Assembly (NCBI GenBank): GCA_030141605.1
Contig: JAQGDQ010000375.1
Coordinates: forward strand, 62,001 to 126,000
From: Tubiluchus corallicola
Taxonomy: Eukaryota; Animalia; Priapulida
Direction: 5' to 3'
Length of the DNA: 64,000 nucleotides
The translations under genes were made by a program, and so were the position numbers. The notes under the pieces were generated by a model that did not search any database, was not told the DNA's origin, and worked only from the letters and a program-made list of their open reading frames with translations. This document shows positions 49,901-61,400 of the stretch, one piece after another (position 1 is the stretch's first letter; every line of letters begins with the position of its first letter).

Positions 49901-52900
49901 GATGATTTGGACAACTTTTGACTCTGCATTTAACATTTTGCATAATACAAGAAATATTCAGGACCTTAAGATAGCAGAGGCCCTATACATCGTTACTGGG
50001 GTGAAATGTGATTTATTTTTGAACCCCCCTCTTCGGTCCATTACAGATCCATTAAGTAGCTGGTATGGAATGGCTTCATCGGTGCAGTCGGCAGATGGAC
50101 AGGTGCGTTTACCACCTAAGCACCTGTTCTGTAGTCATGATCAGCATGAGGAATGGAGGAAAAGATTCTGGCTAGTTTTCATCTTCATTTTTTGTTTACA
50201 ATTTTATATTTCTTCTCTATTTTCACATCTACAACATTTGTCTGCAACATGGTTTGGCTGATCCAGATTTGAACCCTGGATCTCTTGGCCACATCTGCAA
50301 CCTTAATATGAAGCACAACCCAACTAACGTCAAACATACTGGCTTATCGCTCCGCCTCCGCTGTGATGTATGCACGCTCACCGGCATTTGGGACAACAGC
50401 TCATGCTGGACAACAACTGCCTAAACTAAACTCAACTAAATAACATAACAGTCACAACTAATGTTTAATCAGCAGATAAACTGACAGCACTTTTTCATAA
50501 ACACAAATTTGCAGAGCAGCAGCTATTTAAACAGAATGTAGAGATGAAGTTTCAAAGCACTACAAAATACAGAGACATAAGCATAATATAGAAACTAAGC
50601 CAGTTAGCCTTGTTTTACAATAAATGAGCAACAAAAATATTAAGTCTCTCTTGCCTTTGAACATGCGAACATCATTCATGCCTGCAATGTATTTTTTCTA
50701 TATTAATTGAACTTGCAACTGCCACTCATCTGCAAAATTTTTCCAGTTTTTGTATTTTTCCGTTTGTTAGGCTACGGAAATGGAATAAATTTGATTGCTC
50801 CATTCCATAGACGACCCTTAAATTGAATGCCAGAGTTACATAAGTCCTAATGGCATTTTTAACCATTATTATAACCAGAAAAATAGCGTAAAATTAACCA
50901 ATATTACATTGATGTATAATATAAGTTTTGACCACATTTGAATTAATTTTGACTGTGAAGATCTCATTGAGGTTTATGAAAACTGGCCAGAAAAGAAAAC
51001 ATTTTGTTTTGTCTTAATTTAAAGTTAATCAAATAGTTGTTTTTATCTAACTTACAAAGCCATAAACTAAACTAAACTGCATATTTTCTTGATTGCAAAA
51101 TGGTTTAATCAGCAACTCATAGACGTAAGCGTTGTGCATTTCTTCCTATAAACAGAACTAGATCATAGATTTCCACTGATTCACTTGCAATTTCAATTGA
51201 CAATAAGAAATCTAAAACCAGGCCAATATTTCTCTCGCTAACAAATGAAAAGGTGAGCTTTTCCCACAGTGTTAGCTGTAGCTAGATGTCTCGGACGTGC
51301 CTGCTGCAGGGGTGTGTGAAATAACTTACTTGCTGATTAGGCAGTCAACGAAAATTATTGACTACGTTAGACGTCAATTCTCAAAGCACAACTATCATCA
51401 GTATCACCATGTCGCACTCTATCTATTTCTGTGTTTTAAATCAACTGCATTTCTGTGTTGTTTTGGAGAGATGTAGGTTTCTCATATTTTCATTTTTCCT
51501 CTTGGTTGTGAAAAATGCAATTATGTAAAAATTGTGTTTTACTCTGCTAACACTTATTACAGTGATAACAGGTTTCACCCATTATGTAGGCTTTGCTTGT
51601 GTTAGATTAACTGTTTGCATGAATCTTATGTATATGGTACATTTTTTACATTTTTTTACAAACCTTTTCCAGTTATTTCCACTTTTATTATGACAATTTA
51701 AATTTAACAATGTTAGTTTTCCCAAAAAGGAATAAAGCAACATTTGCTTTCTTCACTCCCACAAAAGATAACACAGAATTAAAAGCTGTTAAAATAACTT
51801 TTACTTCAATGTGAGATATAGCTGAGAGGTCACAGCATGTGCTCGCTGCTCAGCCAACAACTATGAGTTCTTATAATTATAATTTCCCTTGGGATGTAAT
51901 CCAGGGATATCATCTTAAGTAGCTCAGTGGCTCCAAGTATTATTACACACACACAAATGCTAATAATAGGATGACAAGAGGAAGAGAAAGAGATTTAAAT
52001 GATTTCATTTGTCAAACTGACTCCCGCTAGTTCCTCAATGAGGAAAAATGTAGACATACCCAAAAGTCGTTTGGATACCTCTACTGATTCAGTATCATCT
52101 CTCAGAGGATTATCCTTGATGATAATAAGCTAGGATCCAGTCCTGCCACAATTAACTTTCAACATAAGCAGTTGGTCCAGCACTAAGTGCTGCATATTTC
52201 TTGGAATATATAGAAAAACACGTAAAAAGTTGAAAAATCTAGAATTACTTTTAAATCATCTTTTAATGATAATAACTTGTAAAAACAGTAAAGCATTAGT
52301 TCAGTTAACATTTAAAGTCAGAAGTACTGCAGTCAAAAGATTAGAACTGAACAAAATACTACATCATATAAGAAATAAAGTAAAATAAACATTACCCACC
52401 AAAGCCTGACAGTATAATGGATGAGAGAATCTTCCATCGAACTCACCTAAAATCTTTACGATTATAAAAGTCCCATGCAGAAGCATGACAGACCACCTCT
52501 CTGTCATCCGGCTTGACCATCATTGTCTCCTCCCAGAATTCTTGTGGCATTTCAATGAGACCAAGAGAGGTGAAAAAACCTTCAGATGTCTTAAATATTC
52601 GTTGAGCTGTGTATCCCTATAATCAAATATTCCACATACTAATTAACCAATGATGTTGAACATGAAATTACCTGTGGCATTTTTAAACCAAAATTATAAA
52701 TATAAAATCAATACAACTCCATTTTGAATGTGATTTAACAACACGTGCATCAAGTAATTCGCGTAGCAAAGTTTTTGGTATGCTTGGAAAATATATATGT
52801 ATATGCTTGCAATAAATGTACAAATCAAACTATTGTAACACAAACATAATGAATGAAAATACAAAGTCATATATTGAAAACATGTTAAAAACTAATATTT

Positions 52901-55442
52901 TGACTCACAAGTCCACAAAACAATAAATAGAGCATTGGCTAATAAAACTTTTGTAAGTCTTTATGAATATACCAAAGCAGTTGTTATGTAACTTTTAGTT
53001 AAGCATTCACTAAGTAAAAAACACTAATTTGCTTTTTGTTCTGTTATTCTTACAAATCAAAAGAAAATGTGATAGAATTTCTGGGATAAAGGCTCACCTG
53101 GGCTACCATCTCATCAGTAACATCTACATTCTGAGCGCCTGGAAATGGCTCCAAGATGTCGTACAAGTTCACCCAGGACTGCGCCCACATATTCCCTGTG
53201 CAATAACAATTAATGCTAATAAGTGTTATTAACAAATTATTCACATAATTTTTGCACAAATATCAAAAGAATAAGTAGAAAAAGAAAGACAAATGATTTA
53301 ATATAGAAGAATAGTCTTTTTTGCATTTTCACTTGAATTAAACGTCACTAGTTGTTCTGACATCAATGCATTTATAAAACACGCCCTTGTTACACATTTT
53401 CCACAATTTTTCTGCAGTGCTCTGCTATGGTGTCATGATCATACGGAATTTTTCCACAGAAGCCTATGCTTAATGAATAAAAATGAATTTTCCTTCCTTA
53501 TTCTCGGACAATCATCATCAAAATTTAATGTTCTTCCTTCATTAAAATAATGCTAGTTTTTAAAATATGATATCTAGCATACAGATACAATTTTTCCCAT
53601 GTTAACAAACAGCCAGGAGCTTAATGGAATGTTTTTGTTTGGTAATAAAAACAGTAGCTAATAAAGACATTTTTAAAAGGCCTTTACTTACATGACGTCA
53701 GTATTATTGAAAAAATCATCTTTAATTATGACAAGTGATTTTAGACGTTTCGGCTTTTTGCCCAAGCCACTCTTAATAGCTTACTCTTGCCAACTGACAT
53801 TCGTTAATTTATTGGGAATCATTGTTACAGATACGTGAGAATACATTACGCTTTCAATAATCGGAAGACCATGCAATTTGATGCAAAAACACACATACCT
53901 AGAATATGAGCGGCAATTGGTCCTCGCCTATTAACAAACTCAGGTCCATACACATGTGACAGTTTGTAGCGAGCGTAAGTGTGCAAACGCTTGTACAAGG
54001 GCATTACTTCGTCCATTAGTCTTGCTACGTCACCAACAAATGATTTAACTTCATAATCTCGTCGCCAGTACTCGCCATAATTACCAAAGCTTGGAACTAA
54101 AAAAATGCATCAATATAAATAGAAACCTAGATATACACCACCATTTTGATTCAAAGATAAGGCTTATTATATCTGATGGAAAAAAGATGCGGGTAAACCA
54201 AGTGGTATCTGTTTGAATGAGTTAGGAGATTGATCAAAAACCACATAAATGCATCTGTGATTTCTGTGGTGAACTACATAAACAACATAGTAAACAGTTT
54301 GTTCATTATGCCAACATTCTACACTGTGTTTTTTTTCTACACTCGTCATGCATGACTGCAAGATAAGCCTCTAAGATAAGTCACTGAACCAGCAGAGGTG
54401 TCTTAGCAACATTTGGTTGTATGTATGTCCTCTTTCTACAAAACAGTCAAAGTTTACACGTGTTGCAGCCTGAAGTAAGTATTTAACCCACATCCCTTGC
54501 ATGAAATGCGGTAACTCTTCCTCTCAACCCTCTCTGGAAATACTACAACTTAAAGGTCAAGTAACCTACTATTTGATTTTTGCCATTATCAGAGATTATA
54601 TTAATTTTTACTGTCAATCCGGTTTATATGTACTAATTCCAAAACTGACCAGTCAGTTTGTTGATAATAATCAGCATTCCTACAGCAACTTTATCACATT
54701 CACAGAGAAACAGCTGCACATCTCTAGTAATTCACTTCATAGCATTCCATGAAATGTTTGCCCAATTATACAATCATTAAATAAAGCAAAATATTAAAGT
54801 TTCTAACAGAGATTATCAAAGGCGAAGCTTCATACTCGTTAAATTACAGTGAACTCAACATATAGACTAAGGTATGCCCTATATGCCCTCCGCCAGACAG
54901 TAACATTGTACAAACTATTTAAATCAGGTTCTTCTAGACTCGTAGTAGAATAGGCAAGTCTACTTGGTGCAATGTCCACATATAGTTCATATACTAAGGC
55001 TTACAATTTTCTTTAACTAAACCCATGAATGTTTGGCCTGTTATACAATCACTAAATAAAGGAAAATATTAAAGTTTCTAAAACAGATTATCTAAAAGGC
55101 ATACCTTCATATAGTTCATATGGATATGTTTACAGTTTTGCGAAAATAACTTGTAATTGCCTTCAATTTTCACTTTGGACTGATAACTGCTTTTCCACGC
55201 ATTCAGTTAGGTTAAAAAAAACAAAAGCTAACTAACAAACTTTGATAGATGACAACTGCAAGAAATAGTTTGTAACACAGCAAGTCACTGTCTAACAGGT
55301 TTATTATGAGTTGACTTAACACAGTATTACATGTTCACATCAACAAAACTCACTAGCGGTTACAGAGCACTAAGAAAATTATAGCAAAATTATCAACTAA
55401 AACAGAAAACACTTCATTTCATTTGAATTTCACCTCCCTCTC

Positions 55443-55499
<57 letters not shown>

Positions 55500-58400
55500 T
55501 TGTGCACACATGCAGCCATGGAAAAAGCCGAACAACCAAATTGCGAGTTTATTCAGTAAACGTCGGGATCAATGTGCATAAAATATGAAATCGAAACGAA
55601 ATAAGTGTGTGAACATTTGAAATCAAACTAAAATGAAATGGTACAAATGTGCAGAATTCACATAAACTTAGTAAGCTTAGTTAAGTATTCACATAAAGTA
55701 AAAGTAGAAAGAAAAAGAAAGAGGGATGGAAGAGGAGAAGGAGAACAGATAGAAAAATGAGAATAGAATGATGAAAGTGACAACAACAACTTCATTGCAA
55801 AAATCACTTTTTGAGCAATTAAAAACAAACAAAACCCCAATAGGCATATTTATCAACTAATATGACTGACAATACTCATCAACAGTTCAGCTTTTTTTTC
55901 AAAGCAGCATACAGAACATTAAAGCAGTGAATTATAATCACTTTACCATTAAGTACAGCTGCTTTGTTGCTAAGCCAAACATAATCGACATAGTCAGATT
56001 TCATAGGTGCTCCAACAATATTGTGCCATTCGGTCCAGTAATGCAGCAACTCTGCATAATTCCTCGAGTTTGCAAATATCTCAGTGATTGCTAAAATAAA
56101 AAAAGTGCACTGTAAAATTACCATAAACTCCCCACTTGACTGAGCTTTTGCAGATGAAATAGTGGTGCTAAAAAGGAAGGAAAATGCCGCACAAACCAGT
56201 TTACTGTTTAGAAGATAACAGGATCAATAGTTGGGCAATGAATCAGTAGGAATAAATGTAAGATCACATAGGCTGATGATCACTATCAGCCACAGTTCAA
56301 CTCCATAAAGCAGAAACCTAAAGGTAAAGATTTTTTTATACATTTCTGTATGCCTGTTGTGTGACAACAGACGGTCTGTCTTCCTCTGCCTACAATGAAC
56401 ACAGGAGTCATCATCATAATAATCATGCATATTACACTCCTACGGATCTATCGTCATTTCCAAAACTATATGTGCTACTGAAAAAGCTAAACTTTATTTA
56501 CTCACTTGGATCTAAGGGGACCTTGTTTTCATCACTATCCGGTGTGCACATTTTGCTGTATTCACAAACCTTTGCCATGCTGTACAAAGTTGTCATGTCT
56601 CCAATGATTTTGTTTACCTGTCAAAATGTTTTGTTTTAACAGTGGTGAAAGTGTTGTACAATACAGACATTCATATTCAAAAAAAGATGGAAAGACAGCT
56701 CCATTATCCATGTTTCACTTAATTACAGTGCACACTGAGTAAGCTGTGAGTTACTACAGTGGACTAATTAGAGTAAGGTGCTCTGAGTAAGGTTGAATGG
56801 AGCGGCTTGAGGTGCACTCGGCTGAGAGGAACTGAGTCAAGATGGTAAAATTTGATTAAGTTTTCTTCCAGGTGGTGAAGCTAGATTATATAATGTTACG
56901 GGGTAGTATAGGATAGGTTACAAGAGAGGGTAGTGATGACAGTGGGTTGAATAGCTACAACTGGTAGGTTTGCGGTCAAGCTTGTTTAAAGCTTCACTCC
57001 CTTGCTTTAAAGCAAATCCGTCATTCTTCATAAATATAAAAACCAACAACATAAGCAGAAAAGAAATAATGAAATTGAATTCTAGCGTTTTAACTCACAA
57101 CAATTACATGAATTAATTAATAAAACACATTAAATCTCAGCAATTGAATATTTGCGATACTGTACATGCACTCGCCAAGCTTCTGGCATGTGAGGTGAGT
57201 AATTGTCTGAAATGTATTATGGGATGTCTATGCCTGTGTTTACTGTTGTAACGTATCCGATTTGGCTGACGAGCTGTAACGTGTTGAACTGTTGGAAGTA
57301 CAGAAGTTTGCTTTTGTATTGCATAACTTTTTTGTACATTCTGCATGTGCAAAATGCCCAGAATTTGTGTAGCAGGGCGGTGTAATAAAGCAACAAGCAA
57401 TGGTGTCAGTGTTTTCAAGTTTTCTGCCGTGACATCATCAGTGAATGGCCGCCCGATCGCTGAATTGTGGGTTTAAAGCAATTGGCATAAGTAAAATTGA
57501 GTAATTATTTAGCTAATTACTTATTTTAAAAAAGTGAAAAGCAATTGGAATATCATTTCAACAGGTGTTCCTTCAATTTTGGTGAGGCTGGGCTTTTACT
57601 TTAACTGAGGGTGGCGTAATTATGTTTGACGAATTGAGATTCTTGGATTTGTATACGTTCATCATGCTTAGTTGAAATGGATTAGCTTTTGTAAACTGAG
57701 TTTGAAAAAGTTGGTGAGGCTGAATCATACTGAGCTGAGTAGATCAAACATGGTTGGATTGGAAAAGAATTGAGTGGAATTTTTTCAAAAAATAAAAACC
57801 ACCTGCTCAACTTCTTCATCTGGTAAAGCTGAATGACCAATGGCCAGTATTTTCTGAAATTCCCTTCTCATTTGTTCGTCTTCCAGACTTTCCCAGTCGA
57901 AGTCCCGAGCCTCTAAACCTTTCCTCTTGTCAAATTCTGCTTCTTCAAGTGATGCTGCTATCTGCATCAAACCAATCATGTTACTACACAAATTAAATTT
58001 TGTAAAACATAAGTAAACTTTCACTCATGTTTTAAGTGCATTTAAGCAGAAAACTGTCAAAACTGCAACAATGCAAACTTTTTGTTTGCATTTTGCCATT
58101 TTAGAGTACTTTGGGTTTTTTGCATTACTTTTCTCTTTTTCATGAAAATTAAGACAAGTAATTTGCAAAGAAAGTTCTGGCATTGCAAAATTGTACCATA
58201 TCATTATAGTGCTCTTCGGTGATGTCAGTATTGTATTTCCATGCGGTAAGTCGGGAATTGTACATAACCGTTTCAGCTTCAGTATTATAATCATCTAGCC
58301 ACTGACGAGCCCGTTCTGCCTGAAAGAAATCATAAACCATAGAGGAAAATAGCATTAACTGACTGCTAATTCAAGTTCAAGTCGCGTTAAATTTATTTAC

Positions 58401-61400
58401 ATCATAATCAGCTGAATTCCAGTAGTCAGATTCATTTGGAGAGCACCAAGAATGATTGTAGTTTTTTAAACAATACTTTTTATGTATGTGTATTATGGGG
58501 TAAATACACTGAAAGTTGTTTGACTTGTGGGTTTTCTTTTAACAGTGACAGTTAGACCCTGTTCTTAAAACCTACACAAGTATGTGTTTAAACGTACAAG
58601 TTTATACGTACGAATTGCAGTTTTATATAGAGAGTTCTTCTCAGTTAATCTTTAAAAAAGACACTGTCATTAAATACATAAAAGCTGTTGTAACAATAAT
58701 ATACAACTATTACAACAAAGATAATTAGGTACAAATTAGGTTACAGCGATAAAAATTTTTTGTTGTCAAGCTACATGAAATAACAGTGACATGCTTTTCG
58801 AAATACTTCTTAGCTCTTACAGATTGCATGTAGAACTGAAAAAATACACGTAGTCTAATTATGCAGGCAAACAAATCTGGACACAGTATCTTGGCAAAAT
58901 GAAAAAAATAGCATTAGTTTCACTTACTTCAACGTCTGTTGTGGTCTTTTCATCACAATCCCAACCGATGAGCAAGTTATGTTCCACAATCTTTTGGTCC
59001 AGCCAATCAATCAACGGCTCAAAATAATCCATCAAGGCAGACACATCCATAGCTTCCTGACCGGTTATCAGTTTCATTACTTCTGGCCATGGCCGTGAAG
59101 ATCCTAGACGTAGAGCCGCCCTGAAAAAAGCAGAGCTCAAACAAACTTCATGTTCCATATGAAAACATGAACAGTTCTATATTGTACGCACTATATATCA
59201 TCACAATTTTTTGCCACTACAGAATGAGCAAACTCCGATGTTTAAATGATTATACTCACAGATGTTATTATAATTGTGACTTAACAATATACTATCCAAG
59301 AGCTGCAACTGGTGTTTATAATCGGTCTTATTTCTATGATCGATCAGTGACTTTCAATTACGATCGATGATTGACTAATAATCAATAGTGATATATAGAG
59401 TTGTGTGGGTGTAAAATATTATATTACAACATTAACTGCCTGTTGTTTCACTCCTGTGCCTCAATGCGGGAAACTAAGTAAGAATGTCACAAAGCGACAA
59501 GCGCTGCACACAGATATACCACAATGAGCATCGCTGTAAGTCGCACTGATTCAGTTGTTGATCGCAGGCATTTCCTTTCCTAAGTAACTGTTCTATTTGT
59601 ATAAGTTATCACACGTATTCATTAAAATATTTTACTAACGACATTTGTTGCTATTGACACTGCAACTAAAGAGCAAAATGGGTGACAAAGTGTGCAAAAT
59701 CTTACACATATTGTAATGAGCAATCATTAATTATGTTAATTTATGATCGAGCAGTTAGTCGAACACCACGGTCGACTGACTTTCGATAATATTGATTAAT
59801 CGGAACAGCACAAGCTACAACAGTAACAAATATCATTCTAGCCTCTAAATTGGGCTAAAATTAACAGACATACGCCAGTTTATCTCCAGCATTAGTGTTG
59901 TTGTAGATGTCACATTTGTAGTAGGGTCCAACGTGACCTGCTTCATCACACAGAGCTTTATGGAATTGAAACTGAATCACAAAAGCCACAAAATATCTAG
60001 AAACAAACGAACTCTACGTGTAATTAAAAAGCAAAAGAACATGTAACTTATTTTCTCCAGAACTGCTTCTACAAGGAAACAATTTCTCATCATTTGGATG
60101 TTCGATGACGTGGGAACACATTCAAAAAATACAAAACAGAAATGTTTAAAGCATCATTTTTGCCACATTATCTAAAACTATCAAATGGACATGATTATTT
60201 GCAACATACTATCAATATTATGTTATCTTCTTTATGTAAACTATACAGTTCAGAGAAAATATTAAAGGATAACAGGACCCAATCTTAAACAGTAGGTTAT
60301 AACAATCTACTCTTTAAAATATTGAAAGGGAATATACTATTTTTTCAAGAATGACTCATGTGAAAAAATTATTACCACACAAACATAATTTCGCATTTGT
60401 GTAGCTAGCTAGTTCTTCACTGTTACATGCATTTCGCCACTCGCTAGCTAGATGGGCATTAACATCTGCATTTTGGAAACATGTTGCACAAAAAACAGGC
60501 GCTGTTCCTCTCAGTTTTGAGGTGTTCGTTTGTGACATAATGCACACATTCGAGAGCTCATGCACAAGCACAGTTATCAATTTGAATTTTTATCTTAAAA
60601 TTTGTCAACTTTAGCATATCACACTGAATGTCGTACCATAGCACTGTACTTTGCTGGGTTGCAATTCAATTAACATATTAGTGAAATCAACAGATAGTTT
60701 TTTATTTTTAAATATAAGTATTATAACAAACATGCCTGAAGAACAAATATGTTGAACTAATTTCAGCTTTTTAATCAACTTTAGGTCTCTTATTAAAATC
60801 AGAACCTCATGTATGACTGTTTGGCTTATGGTATTAGCTTCGGCACGAAAGCAGTACATACCTTATGTATGGCACATTATTTGGCACATGATATTTAGCT
60901 CCAGGATCGAAGTGTTCTTCTGTTCTTGTAACTGCACTTTGCACTCCTTGAAGGTTACATCTACAAAAAATTATTCAAGAATCCCTATAATAATTAGACT
61001 AGTTTCAAATGTTGCACATATAACTAACACACTGAATAGTCGGTACCACAACATTTTTGGGCTAAAATTTCTGGTAAAATTTTGTAAAAAGTCAGAATTT
61101 TCATAACTACTTCCAATACAGGTATTCAACTAAGATCTTAATCGTGAAGTTTTATCAAATTGCCAAAGTTTTTTCAAAATATGGGATCTGGAACAACAAC
61201 ATAACCTTAAAAAAGCCATTGCATTGCATTAACTCATGCACAAGGTCACATTTATTTTCAGATGTCACATAAAAAACATTGATTGATGTTCGTCAAAACT
61301 GATAACTAATAACCAACGTAGTACCTTAAATCCCACCATTTTTCATTGTATTGTTCACTTCCAGTTTTGCCTTCAAACACACTCCAGCGCCATTGATCAA

